Assembly (NCBI GenBank): GCA_965208905.1
Contig: OZ242365.1
Coordinates: forward strand, 1,344,001-1,408,000
Reading direction: 5' to 3'
From: Nitrosopumilaceae archaeon
GTDB lineage: Archaea > Thermoproteota > Nitrososphaeria > Nitrososphaerales > Nitrosopumilaceae
Length of the DNA: 64,000 nt
Shown here: one piece after another, positions 50,094 through 60,742 of the stretch
How positions within the stretch are numbered: the first letter of the stretch is position 1
Layout of the letters: each line of letters begins with the position of its first letter
Position numbers and translations under genes: made by a program
The notes under the pieces: model-generated
What the model was told of the DNA's origin: nothing
Seen by the model: the letters and a program-made list of their open reading frames with translations, nothing else
Databases searched by the model: none

Positions 50094-50782
50094 AGATATC
50101 CTGCATACGCCTGTATGGTTGTAGTGGCGTAAATACAGGTAAAATAGCATCATTTTTGACTGAAACATTTGGTGTACAATGTATAACATCACATTTGGCC
50201 TACGATACTAGTATGGCAGATTCGTGCGCCATAGGTGATATTTACAAGCCCCATCGGCTACATGATGTGGCAGCTCCAATCATATACAACGGATACAAGC
50301 TGTATGATGGTTATCATCTATTAGATGTGATGGGCGATGCTATACTGTATGATCCTGGCACATTTCATATAGTGTTTACCAACCTACTTGCCTGCACGTA
50401 TGATGACTCTGATAAGAGATATCATGCTAGGTCTATGATATCTGCCAACCCGTCTGTAATCTCCATACCTGGAATCATAGAGGCTCCAGCTAAAAGTCGT
50501 GAGTATTATGTCGATTTAATGACCAACAGTACTGATATGGCAAAGTATGACGGACAATTTCTTACGTGCGATGATCATCATGCACTAGAGCAGGTAATGT
50601 GCGGTTACTGCATGCAGTCTATATTCTACTATGAGTGCGGCGAGGCTTTTTGTAGCGACAAGAGCTGTCGATTGTATAATGCGCACTGGCAGGCAGACCT
50701 ATTACATTCACAGATAGAGTCTGGTGTGCTGTGCGCCCATCATGATGTACTATTACAAAGAATGAAAAGTGCCATCAACTAG
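50090..50782 (+). CDS. Conserved archaeal putative metallopeptidase-like protein (DUF6775-like)
   Basis: RYHAR, GIIEAPAK, FCSDKSCRLYNAHWQ, LC..H. Confidence 0.6.
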   Translation: MKISCIRLYGCSGVNTGKIASFLTETFGVQCITSHLAYDTSMADSCAIGDIYKPHRLHDVAAPIIYNGYKLYDGYHLLDVMGDAILYDPGTFHIVFTNLLACTYDDSDKRYHARSMISANPSVISIPGIIEAPAKSREYYVDLMTNSTDMAKYDGQFLTCDDHHALEQVMCGYCMQSIFYYECGEAFCSDKSCRLYNAHWQADLLHSQIESGVLCAHHDVLLQRMKSAIN

Positions 50783-50928
50783 CTGTACAGTCAGCAGATT
50801 GACTTCATACAACATGTAAAAACTCCATCGACCTCTTCATATCGAACCTAAAAGGTGTACTGCTTTTGACATATGCCTCTATGATGACACTAGGCAAATA
50901 TATAATCCCCACTGAAATCATCAAACTT

Positions 50929-51582
50929 GTGAGGGTTGGGATAGTTGTCTTTCCGGGAAGCAACTGTGATCGAGACGTACATCATACTTTACAATATACC
51001 GGCCATGATCCCACATACATATGGCATGAGGATCACATACCCGAATATGTGGACTCTATAATACTGCCTGGCGGATTCTCGTTTGCAGACCGGTTGCGGG
51101 CGGGAGTGATAGCCTCCCACAGTCCGATAATATCAGATATACAAGAGATGGCCAAAGAGCACAAACCCATACTGGGAATATGTAACGGCTTTCAGATATT
51201 GGCCGAAGCTGGCCTACTACCAGGAGTCTTACTCCCTAACGGAAAGCAAGGGTTCATGTGTAAATGGACCAATATTATAACACATCAAAACAAGACACCG
51301 TTTACCCGGACCCTTGATAGGGGTACGCGCATACCAATACCGGTGGCCAATGGTGAGGGCAGGTACTATGTAGACGACCCAAAAAAACTAGAGAGGAACG
51401 GACAGATTGTCTTCAAATACGAGTACAACATAAACGGCTCAACAGATAATATAGCTGGTGTCTGTAATGAGGATGGCAATGTGGTGGGGCTGATGCCGCA
51501 TCCTGAGAGGGGTGCCGAACCAGACATAAATCCATATGATCACAGACCTGCAATGGCAATATTTGAGGGTATGGTGGCATAG
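50929..51582 (+). CDS. purQ: FGAM synthase glutaminase subunit
   Basis: FPGSNCD, LPGGFS, GICNGFQIL, GLMPHPER. Confidence 0.95.
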   Translation: MRVGIVVFPGSNCDRDVHHTLQYTGHDPTYIWHEDHIPEYVDSIILPGGFSFADRLRAGVIASHSPIISDIQEMAKEHKPILGICNGFQILAEAGLLPGVLLPNGKQGFMCKWTNIITHQNKTPFTRTLDRGTRIPIPVANGEGRYYVDDPKKLERNGQIVFKYEYNINGSTDNIAGVCNEDGNVVGLMPHPERGAEPDINPYDHRPAMAIFEGMVA

Positions 51583-53703
51583 TTGCTGCACAGTGAGATG
51601 CAACACGTACGGGAGTCATTGGGCCGTGATCCCACCGATACCGAAGAGGCCATAATATCTGCAGAATGGTCAGAACACTGTTCCTACAAATCTTCCAAGA
51701 TGTATATTCGGACCATACCAAACAAGGCGCCTCATGTGATATCCGAAGATATGGACTCTGGTGTAATAGATGTGGGCGATGGCTATGTCGTAACGGCGCA
51801 TATTGAGAGTCACAACCATCCTTCGGCACTTGATCCATTTGGCGGGGCTGCGACTGGCGTTGGCGGAATACTTCGGGATATAATGTCTGCAGGTACAAGA
51901 CCAATAGCCATACTGGATGGACTACACTTTGGTGACATATCCACAGACACGCATGCCGCCTGGTTATTGGGCGGTGCTGTACGTGGCATATCGCACTATG
52001 GTAACTGCATGGGGATACCCAACATAGGAGGTGAGATAGGCTTTGATGAGTGTTATACAAAGTATGCACTAGTTGATGTTGCTGCCATCGGCTTTGGAAA
52101 GAGAGACCGACTGATACACAACAGGGCCGACCCCGGAGATCATGTGGTGTTGCTGGGAGGACCCACCGGATATGATGGTGTAGGCGGCTCACAGTTTGCA
52201 TCTGCGCAAATGGATACACAAGACAGGTCTGCTGTTCAGATACCCGACCCATTCATGGAGAAGATGGTGATGGAGGTGATACTGCAGGTACGCCCCCACC
52301 TAAAGGCACTCAAGGATTTGGGAGGTGGCGGGCTGGCATGTGCGCTCTCCGAAACTGCAGACTCTCTCCAAGTGGGCATAACGGCATATCTGAACAATGT
52401 ACATACGAGGAATAGTGATATGACGCCCGCAGAGATAGTAATATCTGAGTCCCAGGAGAGGATGCTGGCAGTTGTGGATGATTCAGGACTCTCTTTTTTG
52501 ACACAGGCATGTTCAAAGTTTCATGTTCCAATATCTGTAATTGGCAGCATAGATGATACTGACACTCTAAGAGTATATCACAATAATGATGTGGTGGCTC
52601 AGCTACCGGTCAGACTGGCCGCCCATGCCCCACCCATAATGTGGCCTGACAGGCCCGCCATCACCCCCGAGAGTCCATTTACGCCCCCCTGCACAGACAT
52701 CGTACAGGTGCTATACAAGATGCTACAGATGCCCGACTGTGCAGATAAGCGATACATATACTCACAGTATGACCAGGAGGTGGGAATTCGAACCGTCCGA
52801 AGACCTGGCCTTGATGCATCAGTATTACGGTTGGACAACGGACGATACCTGGCCGTATCGTTGAGCAGTAATCCTAGGCATTGCTGGTACAATCCATATC
52901 ATGGTACAATGGGGTGCTTTGAGGAGTCTTGTAGGAATGTGACTTGTGTTGGTGCCACACCTGTGGCCATGCTGGATCACCTTCAATTTGGCAGCCCCGA
53001 AGATCCTGAGACGTTCTGGTCATTCAAAGAAAGTGTACGCGCCTTATCTGACTATGCTACACACACTGGTATACCGTGCATAGGAGGCAAGGTAAGTCTG
53101 TACAATGAGACCGACTCGGGACCCATCAAGCCATCCCCTGCAATCATGATACTGGGACTATCTGATGTAAATCATCGTCCTTCACAACCTGCACCGGGCC
53201 ATAAAATAATACTGATAGGCCAAACGCAGAACGAATGTGGCGGTTCCATATATCATGATATTATACAGTATACAGGCGGCCACTGTCCGCGTTTGAATCT
53301 GGATGCGTCGTTGCGCAACATGGAGGCGGCGCGTCGTTTGGCCACCAATGATATGTATATACATGATGCTTCTCGAGGAGGGTTAGGGATGGCCATCATG
53401 CGTATGTGTTTAGAGTCAGAGACGGGATGCAATATAGATCTGAGATCAATATCTGATGTGATACCTGCACGTGTAGCACTCTTCTCTGAGAGTCACAGTA
53501 GGTATCTGGTGTCTACTCCGCCTGACAGATTAGATGATACACTTGCGATGTTACAAAATACAGATGCACCATATAGTGTGGTGGGCAGTTTTGGTGGAGA
53601 CACAATTACATTTTCAGATGGTAAACACCAGTATGATGTTGACATTGAAAAAGCAGGCAAGATATGGTCAGAGTCCTTGGAGAGGATGATACTGCATGGT
53701 TAG
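51583..53703 (+). CDS. purL: FGAM synthase synthetase subunit
   Basis: WSEHCSYKSS, ESHNHPS, DLGGGG, SESQERM, GGKVSLYNE. Confidence 0.95.
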   Translation: MLHSEMQHVRESLGRDPTDTEEAIISAEWSEHCSYKSSKMYIRTIPNKAPHVISEDMDSGVIDVGDGYVVTAHIESHNHPSALDPFGGAATGVGGILRDIMSAGTRPIAILDGLHFGDISTDTHAAWLLGGAVRGISHYGNCMGIPNIGGEIGFDECYTKYALVDVAAIGFGKRDRLIHNRADPGDHVVLLGGPTGYDGVGGSQFASAQMDTQDRSAVQIPDPFMEKMVMEVILQVRPHLKALKDLGGGGLACALSETADSLQVGITAYLNNVHTRNSDMTPAEIVISESQERMLAVVDDSGLSFLTQACSKFHVPISVIGSIDDTDTLRVYHNNDVVAQLPVRLAAHAPPIMWPDRPAITPESPFTPPCTDIVQVLYKMLQMPDCADKRYIYSQYDQEVGIRTVRRPGLDASVLRLDNGRYLAVSLSSNPRHCWYNPYHGTMGCFEESCRNVTCVGATPVAMLDHLQFGSPEDPETFWSFKESVRALSDYATHTGIPCIGGKVSLYNETDSGPIKPSPAIMILGLSDVNHRPSQPAPGHKIILIGQTQNECGGSIYHDIIQYTGGHCPRLNLDASLRNMEAARRLATNDMYIHDASRGGLGMAIMRMCLESETGCNIDLRSISDVIPARVALFSESHSRYLVSTPPDRLDDTLAMLQNTDAPYSVVGSFGGDTITFSDGKHQYDVDIEKAGKIWSESLERMILHG

Positions 53704-55102
53704 AGAGAACTGTGGAGTTGTGGGCATATTCAGCATGGATGGATCCAACGTCGTACCACTTGTAATCGATGCATTAAGGGCTCTTCAGCATAGGGGTCAG
53801 GAGGCATGGGGCATTGCAATCCCAAACAGGGAACCATTGCGGCGCATGGGGCTGGTATCCGCATCATCATCCGAATTCAAACAGATAAGTGAAGAGTATC
53901 ACTCACAATGTGCTATAGGACACGTTAGATATTCGACCATCGGCAAAAGTAATTTGGAGAATGCGCAACCACTGCGGGTTCGGGATTTGTGTGTAGCACA
54001 TAATGGTACAATAACAGACTCCAGCGAGATAAAGAACATGGTGGGAGGCTGTACATTTACTCCTAGCATGGCCAGTGATACGCTTATGGCGGCCCGCCGA
54101 CTGGTATCATTAATCTCTGAGCGCGCAAGTATGGGTGACGCACTAAACATACTAAAGAATGAGATGACCGGCTCTTACTGTTTTACATTCATCTCAGATG
54201 ATAATTCAGTATATGCTGCCAGAGACTCTAAAGGCTTTCGCCCCATGGTTCTAGGTCACAAAAAGGGGGGAGACTCGCATATTGTGGCATCTGAGTCTGC
54301 AGCCTTATCTGCTGTTGGTGCCACACTGGTACGGGATGTGTTGCCTGGCGAACTCATACGTATGAGCTCGGACGGACTAAAGAGCGAGATATTTGCCAAA
54401 GAAGAGACTCATGCACACTGCTCATTTGAATTTACATACTTTGCACACCCATCAAGCCGCATGGAGGGAATCAACATCTATGTGGCCCGCAAGCAGATAG
54501 GCCGTGGACTGGCTAAAAAGTTCCCAATACGGGATGCTGACTTGGTGATACCGGTACCGGACTCGGCGCGTCCCGCAGCTTTGGGCTATGCACAGGAACT
54601 TTCCATACCGTTTGATGAAGGACTACTAAAAGATCGTTACAGCAAGAAGGGGCCCCTGCGGAGTTTCATTGAGCCAGAGCAGAGTGATCGTGTAGAGATA
54701 AACCGTTGGATAATACCAATTCGTGAGATAATACAAGATAGACATGTGGTGGTAATAGACGATAGTCTGGTACGGGGCACCAGCTCCCGTTCCATAATAG
54801 AGTCCCTCCGTAATTCAGGTGCGCGTAAAATCAGCATGTTGATTACGTATCCGCCTGTAATGTTTCCATGTTATGCTGGAATCGACTTTCCATCCCGGAA
54901 CGAACTGGCCACCTTTACGAATGACACAAAGAGTATGGATGAAATAGTAGAGATGGTGCGCCAGGATATTGGCGCCGACTTTTTGGGGTATAATGATGCC
55001 AAGACTCTAGCTAGATCAGTGGGAATGTCCAAAGACTCTATGTGTTTTACCTGTCATACCGGCGACTACTCGACACTGGGAGTGTCTGATGTGTCCCGTT
55101 AG
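53696..55102 (+). CDS. purF: Amidophosphoribosyltransferase
   Basis: ENCGVVG, LQHRGQE, GHVRYST, HNG, IDDSLVRGT. Confidence 0.95.
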   Translation: MVRENCGVVGIFSMDGSNVVPLVIDALRALQHRGQEAWGIAIPNREPLRRMGLVSASSSEFKQISEEYHSQCAIGHVRYSTIGKSNLENAQPLRVRDLCVAHNGTITDSSEIKNMVGGCTFTPSMASDTLMAARRLVSLISERASMGDALNILKNEMTGSYCFTFISDDNSVYAARDSKGFRPMVLGHKKGGDSHIVASESAALSAVGATLVRDVLPGELIRMSSDGLKSEIFAKEETHAHCSFEFTYFAHPSSRMEGINIYVARKQIGRGLAKKFPIRDADLVIPVPDSARPAALGYAQELSIPFDEGLLKDRYSKKGPLRSFIEPEQSDRVEINRWIIPIREIIQDRHVVVIDDSLVRGTSSRSIIESLRNSGARKISMLITYPPVMFPCYAGIDFPSRNELATFTNDTKSMDEIVEMVRQDIGADFLGYNDAKTLARSVGMSKDSMCFTCHTGDYSTLGVSDVSR

Positions 55103-55197
55103 TGTTATGGCCGTTGACCTAGCCCCTTTGATGTATTTGTGGTGGGCTCCCGGGAGTATCTCAGGATTAATAAATGTGCCCTGTATGAGATGATCTG

Positions 55198-56187
55198 ATG
55201 CGCATAATACAGAGTGGTTTTGGTGCCGTGGGACAAAGCCTAGCAGGACTGTTGGAGTCCCGAGATGATATATACACAAAGTATGGCATAAGGACACGTT
55301 TTGTGGCCATATCTGATAGTAGCGGTACCATATCTGATGAGTCAGGTTTAGATACTGTAGATGTAATACAAAGAAAGCGTCAAGACGGTACAGTGTCCGA
55401 ATCCAAAAAGAGTATACCGTCCATTATACAAAGCATGGATGCAGACGTACTGATTGAGGCCACGCCTAGTAACTACGATGATGGCGAGCCTGGCATGACA
55501 AACATAACGACTGCACTCAAAAAAGGAATGCATGTCATATCTGTAAACAAAGGTCCTCTGGCGCTGGCACAGCCGAGTTTGGTGGAGATGGCCACATATA
55601 ATGGCGTTTACTTGCGGTTTAGTGGAACTGTAGGAGGCGGCACACCAATACTGAACTATGCCAAGAACGCTTTGCGTGGTGAGCGTATCACGTCTTTTCG
55701 TGGAATATTGAATGGTACCACCAACTATATACTGACCAATATGGGTAATGGTCTGTCCTTTGATCAAGCCTTGAATGATGCTCGAAGTCGAGGTTATGTA
55801 GAGGCTGACGAGTCTTTAGATTTGGACGGATGGGACGTGGCCGCCAAGCTCACAATACTGAGCAACTGGGTTATGGAGAAGAATATAACCATACATCAGG
55901 TGGAGCGAAGCGGAATACGGGATGTGACCCAACAGGATATCCAAGAGTCTGTAAAAGATAACTGCGCTCTAAAACTGGTGGCAAATTGCAGTGATGGTAT
56001 ATCTGTGGGCGTAGAAAAGGTACCAATTAATGATCCATTGTGCGTATACGGTACACTGAACGCTGCCTCATTCACATCTGAACATTCGGGTACGCAGACG
56101 ATAATCGGTCGTGGAGCTGGTGGTGTGGAGACTGCAAGCTCAATACTGCGCGATCTGTTGGATATACGGCAGGCGATGTCAAAATAA
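55198..56187 (+). CDS. hom: Homoserine dehydrogenase
   Basis: GFGAVG, NKGPLA, TVGGGTP, GILNGTTNYIL, GRGAGG.ETAS. Confidence 0.93.
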   Translation: MRIIQSGFGAVGQSLAGLLESRDDIYTKYGIRTRFVAISDSSGTISDESGLDTVDVIQRKRQDGTVSESKKSIPSIIQSMDADVLIEATPSNYDDGEPGMTNITTALKKGMHVISVNKGPLALAQPSLVEMATYNGVYLRFSGTVGGGTPILNYAKNALRGERITSFRGILNGTTNYILTNMGNGLSFDQALNDARSRGYVEADESLDLDGWDVAAKLTILSNWVMEKNITIHQVERSGIRDVTQQDIQESVKDNCALKLVANCSDGISVGVEKVPINDPLCVYGTLNAASFTSEHSGTQTIIGRGAGGVETASSILRDLLDIRQAMSK

Positions 56188-56654
56188 AATCTCATAACAT
56201 ATCCAAGAGTCAAACAAATGATGTACTATCAAAAATATCGACATCCTGGGGTTTTGAGATGCCCAAGATACGAAATCTCACAATATATCATATAGATAAT
56301 GATGCCCAGCTCTTGTCTGGCGGAGACATCAAAGTATTGTGTATATCTGGACAGTATGTGCCATTTTTGTCATGTATGTCAATATTAGAGAGGTTTCCAA
56401 CAGTAACCGTAGATGATGGGGCCATTCGGTTTGTGTGTAACGGGGCAGATGTAATGCGCCCGGGTATTATGTATAATGATGCCTTTGAATGCAACAGTAT
56501 AGTGTGTGTAACCGAGTCCCGCAAAAAGTATCTGGCTGTAGGTATATCAAAGATGGACAGTGAGAGCTTGACGGTTGCAACCCGGGGTGCTGCACTAAAG
56601 AATCTACATTATATATCAGATAAATACTGGGAGTCCTGCAAATTAATTCCCTAG
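56184..56654 (+). CDS. PUA-domain RNA-binding protein (MCTS1/Tma20-like)
   Basis: VTVDDGAIRFVCNGADVMRPGI, NLHYISD; frame is open back to ATA at 56184. Confidence 0.85.
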   Translation: MKSHNISKSQTNDVLSKISTSWGFEMPKIRNLTIYHIDNDAQLLSGGDIKVLCISGQYVPFLSCMSILERFPTVTVDDGAIRFVCNGADVMRPGIMYNDAFECNSIVCVTESRKKYLAVGISKMDSESLTVATRGAALKNLHYISDKYWESCKLIP

Positions 56655-57239
56655 TGTTATCTGGCGACTACCATCTGAATTTATGACTAGTATGTCTGTG
56701 CCATCCCCACTGGACGCATCCCTCTGTGATGCTGCGCTTATCGCCTTCTTGACCAGTTCTATACCGTCATCGGTGGACATACCTGCAGCATATTGCGGAT
56801 CCAAGACACCTAAAGCCATCTCGGCACCAGTTCCCACAGCTGCATAGTCATCTGGCAGTACGGAACCTAGGGGGTCTAGAGTGTACAACTTTGGCTCCTT
56901 TACGAATCCACCAACTATGACCTGTGTCAAAAGGGGGAAGAATCTTCTATCATACATCATATTTGACATCATCTTTGCAATGGTGTTTGGAGGTACATCT
57001 CGTCGTATCTCCATCTTTCGAATTTTGGCTAGTGCCTTTATTTGAAGTGCTAGAATCTGCATATCTGCCACCAAGCCTGCACACGCAGCCCCGACATTTG
57101 ATGTTATTTGAAACGTCTTCTTTGTAGTCTTGCTGACCAACAGATTACCATATGCTATACGCCTTTCGCTGGCAAATACAACACCTTCATCACATGTTAC
57201 ACCTACGGCGGTGGCTCCTGGCATGTACATATATGACAT
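56643..57239 (-). CDS. psmB: Proteasome beta subunit
   Basis: GATAVG, GLVADMQ, LDPLGS, AVGTGA, RDASSGDG. Confidence 0.92.
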   Translation of the reverse strand: MSYMYMPGATAVGVTCDEGVVFASERRIAYGNLLVSKTTKKTFQITSNVGAACAGLVADMQILALQIKALAKIRKMEIRRDVPPNTIAKMMSNMMYDRRFFPLLTQVIVGGFVKEPKLYTLDPLGSVLPDDYAAVGTGAEMALGVLDPQYAAGMSTDDGIELVKKAISAASQRDASSGDGTDILVINSDGSRQITLGN

Positions 57240-57318
57240 AATCAAAGGTGTTCTAACACGTATTAAATGGGTTTCGTTTTATCAAAGTTAAAATTCCCAT
57301 TGTATATGGATACTATGT

Positions 57319-57392
57319 GGGCCGATAGTATAGACTGGTAGTATACCCGCCTTGCACGCGGGGGATCGTGGGTTCAAATCCCGCTCGGTCCA
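57319..57392 (+). tRNA. tRNA-Ala(UGC)
   Basis: Acceptor stem GGGCCGA/TCGGTCC with G3:U70, anticodon arm CCCGC-CTTGCAC-GCGGG, T-loop GTTCAAAT. Confidence 0.95.
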
Positions 57393-57459
57393 TCCGTTTA
57401 ATAGTTCTTTTATAGGCTTTACCCGCATGCTTATATGTAAAACTCACCAGAGAAGATAT

Positions 57460-57640
57460 CGTGCGGGTTGAAGACGACTCACTACTGGGTTGTTCAAGCA
57501 GGGTATAAAGTCCAAAGAAACTGCCGACAAGTACACACGCACACTTAGACAAATCACATGCAAAGTACTTGAAGATGTACTGGAAGGTGATTTCGAGGAG
57601 CGCGTACAGCAGCTGGTCAATGTTGGCAGGGAGTTGGTGA
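57460..57640 (+). pseudogene. Probable N-terminal remnant of a tRNA-associated tyrosine integrase
   Basis: KQGIKSKETADKYTRTLRQITCKVLEDVLEGDFEERVQQLV resembles, from recall, thaumarchaeal integrase N-termini; no catalytic domain present. Confidence 0.5.
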
Positions 57641-57676
57641 TATGGTGGCGCTATAACTGAACAGTTCATTTTTTTC

Positions 57677-58720
57677 TCTATTGTGCGGAAATTAGTTCGC
57701 CCTAACTTTAGACTGCCAACCAAAGAATATTTTAGTCTATATAGATCACGCAAACCCATGAGAGTCAATCTGACACAGAAGCAGATAGATTATATCATTC
57801 GACAATGCAGGAAAGGTAGTAGTACATCACACATTGCTACAGAGATGAAGATTAGCCAGAGACGCGTACAACAACTCTGGGCAATGTATCGTGCAACGGG
57901 CAAGATTCCCACACTACAAATGCCAGGCAGACCCAAGATTCCTCCCACCGAGGAGCAAACCAACGTCGTACTAGCAGCACATCGTATAATGCCAGCAGGC
58001 GTCACAAGGATCACCAAGTACTTAAATCACAAGGGCATACAAATAAGTGAAAAAACGGTATACACAATCATGAAAGAAAACAATATGGTCACTCTATCTG
58101 CAGCAAAATCGCGCAGGCGTAAATGGATACGCTATGAGCGCAGATACTCCAATGCGATGTGGCATACGGACTGGCATGCGATGAAAGATCCACGTTTTCA
58201 AGGCTACCAATTAATCACATATCTTGATGATGCGTCAAGATGTGTGGTTGGAGCCATGATATTCAAGGGGGCCACATCCGAGAACGCGGTAACAGTCCTG
58301 CAAAATAGCATTGTTGAGTTTGGAACCCCGGCCACCATACTCTCCGACAACGGATCGTGCTTTGTGGGTGTGAGAAGAAAGATTCCTGCAAAATCATGGA
58401 CCCCCACTATATTTGAGGCAGAGCTGCTTGACCGGGGTATTGAGTTGATCAACACCCGCCCCTACCACCCACAAACAAACGGCAAGCTTGAACGGTTCCA
58501 CCGCACCTTGGAAGAAGAACTATGTCATTTTGGCAGCCTAGCGGAGTTTGTCGCGTACTACAACGAGGTGCGACTGCACTGGTCTTTAGACATAAACAAT
58601 GGCGAGACCCCGCTACAGGCATTTCACAACAAAAAAGTACCAGATGATGTCAGGAAGAGTGACTTAGAATGGATGGAGAGGGACACCGATGACTAGGCGA
58701 AATAATTTCGACATAATACA
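57677..58720 (+). mobile_element. IS481-family insertion sequence
   Basis: 25-bp imperfect TIRs; 15-bp TSD CAGTTCATTTTTTTC at 57662-57676 and 58721-58735. Confidence 0.92.
57758..58696 (+). CDS. IS481 transposase, intact
   Basis: HTH; WHTDW, YLDDASR, ILSDNGS, YHPQTNGKLERFHRT. Confidence 0.92.
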   Translation: MRVNLTQKQIDYIIRQCRKGSSTSHIATEMKISQRRVQQLWAMYRATGKIPTLQMPGRPKIPPTEEQTNVVLAAHRIMPAGVTRITKYLNHKGIQISEKTVYTIMKENNMVTLSAAKSRRRKWIRYERRYSNAMWHTDWHAMKDPRFQGYQLITYLDDASRCVVGAMIFKGATSENAVTVLQNSIVEFGTPATILSDNGSCFVGVRRKIPAKSWTPTIFEAELLDRGIELINTRPYHPQTNGKLERFHRTLEEELCHFGSLAEFVAYYNEVRLHWSLDINNGETPLQAFHNKKVPDDVRKSDLEWMERDTDD

Positions 58721-58867
58721 CAGTTCATTTTTTTCAGATATGGTTATAAATGATGGCAACAGTTATGCGCGGTATGATGGCCTACAAAACGACAGTTCTG
58801 GCGGTTGGTGCGATCTGCGCGATCGCAGGCATGTTGTGGGCCATGTATGATACGACATGGGACGGCG

Positions 58868-59332
58868 ATGGTGCATACTGAATTCGTGGTGGCGGGAATT
58901 GCCATCCCCGTTGTTGTGGGATCGACATTGGTATTATTTGTCCTGTTGCCATACTGGGAGAATCTGCCTGATAGGTCGTCGTTCATAGGGATGGACATAT
59001 CGGTATTGCCCGAGCGTGGTGCATACGTGTATCTTGAATGCTACTTTGTCTCGGCCAGCGGGACCCTGTGGTATGGGAACGAGTTGCCCGATTCCGCCTG
59101 GGTTCAATGGAATGGCAGTACACCGCATCCACATGTATATTATGTGCCACCAAAGCAGCACGAAATAATGATTCTAAGTCTTGACCAGATGGAGCCTTTG
59201 CCGGGCCGTATCGTGTTTGAGGCGGACGAGGAGATGAGAGGCCTGTCAGGCATAATACTGTGGGACAAGCAGGAGTTTTGCCACGTCCATTCGGCATCAG
59301 ACGGCATCACGACGTATCGCATCCACCCGTGA
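58868..59332 (+). CDS. Hypothetical membrane-anchored protein
   Basis: N-terminal TM segment FVVAGIAIPVVVGSTLVLFVLL; start uncertain. Confidence 0.45.
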   Translation: MVHTEFVVAGIAIPVVVGSTLVLFVLLPYWENLPDRSSFIGMDISVLPERGAYVYLECYFVSASGTLWYGNELPDSAWVQWNGSTPHPHVYYVPPKQHEIMILSLDQMEPLPGRIVFEADEEMRGLSGIILWDKQEFCHVHSASDGITTYRIHP

Positions 59333-59495
59333 CGAAGTTGGTCACTACATACCACGTAGATCTAAGCGGGGTAATCGTTAGGTTTTGTGAACCCGGGGGT
59401 GACGAGTGAGGGCGTGAGATTTTGGTAATGACCAATACAAGACTGACATACACTCTTACCGGAATCCCACCATGCTTGGGGTGATTAATGTTGAT

Positions 59496-60742
59496 CGCTC
59501 ATCTATCTAATGTTGGGGGTGGCAATTACGCCCATAGGGCGGCGGAGTTGGCGTTCAGTGTAGAAAAAGCATGAACCGGCCAGATGACACGCGCCTGCAG
59601 GACGGATTCTGCGGAAAATAATTACGGCGCGAAAAGCATCTTGGTCAGGCCCGCCTCTCGGGATATTGGTCAAGGATGGCGGCCAGCGCAACCACGAACC
59701 TGCCATTGATGCCATAGTGCCTGTGGTTGTGGACAAACTGGAAAGACTTGACGTACCGTTCCAGATGCCATTTGCTTACGCCGCGGTGTTTTTTCAGCCA
59801 CCATATACAGCAGGCCTATCCGGCACTCGCAGTTATTGGTATGAATATCGTTGTGCTCGCCTGATGCGTATTCTCCTTCGTTGTGGTTGATGACCAGGTG
59901 GCCATATCCCATCTCTCCAAGGCTCTTGTAGGCGGGATGCTCGTCGGTGATCACCGTTGAGCCCGGTTCGAACCTCCCGGCCACCATTTCGGCCAGCGTT
60001 TTGCCGTCGCCACGGGGAACCTCGAAGATGGCCACATCCGGTTCGCCTTCTGCGGCCCGCTGATGGTGGATGGTGACCATCGGCGTGTTCTTCTCGAAGG
60101 TGCCCCTGCCCGGACCGCGGGGCAGCTGGCGGCGGCTGGGGACAGTCCGGTTCTCGCCGTTGCTGCCCAATGACACCCCCTTGGAGCCGGCCCTGGTGTA
60201 TCCCTCATCGGCCTCACCCGTCCCGGACAGCTTGCCCTCCGGCAGCTCGCCCACCTTCCGCATGATGTCGCGGTACATCTGGTAGACGGTCCCGTAGGCG
60301 TTGCCTATCGAAGTTGCAATATAGTTTATCGATATCCCGTTGGGCGGCCCGCACAGGAACATCCAGACCGCCAGCATCCAGTCTCCCATCCGGACGTGCC
60401 GGTAGTGAAGAATAGTCCCGGTCTTGTCGTTGAAGGTCCGGCAACAGCCCTTGCACGTGTACCTCCGGATGTGTCCCTGGTATCGGCAGTACCGGACGAT
60501 ATCAACCCCGCCGCAACGTGGGTAGAACAGGCCGTTGGCCCACCGGACCGTCCTGAACAACTCGCTGTAGCCACCATATCGGCAAACAATGCCAGCAGGA
60601 GCAACAGGGGACCGGATTCTTTTTGTTTTTGCGTTTTGCCACACGCCATGGAGGTATGGAGGGATCTACCTCTATAGATCTTTTTCGATTACACCTACTT
60701 GGTGCGGGGCTTCACTTACCCCCAACACTCAACAGATGAGCG
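59496..60742 (-). mobile_element. IS1595-family element (ISH4-like ends), transposase decayed
   Basis: TIRs CGCTCATCT(n6)TGTTGGGGGT at both ends; no TSD seen. Confidence 0.8.
59600..60644 (-). pseudogene. IS1595/ISXO2-like transposase, frameshifted near 59805
   Basis: VRWANG..PRCG...CKGC..TFNDKTGT, EADEGY, ITDEHPAY, HTNNCE; first zinc-finger Cys lost. Confidence 0.85.
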
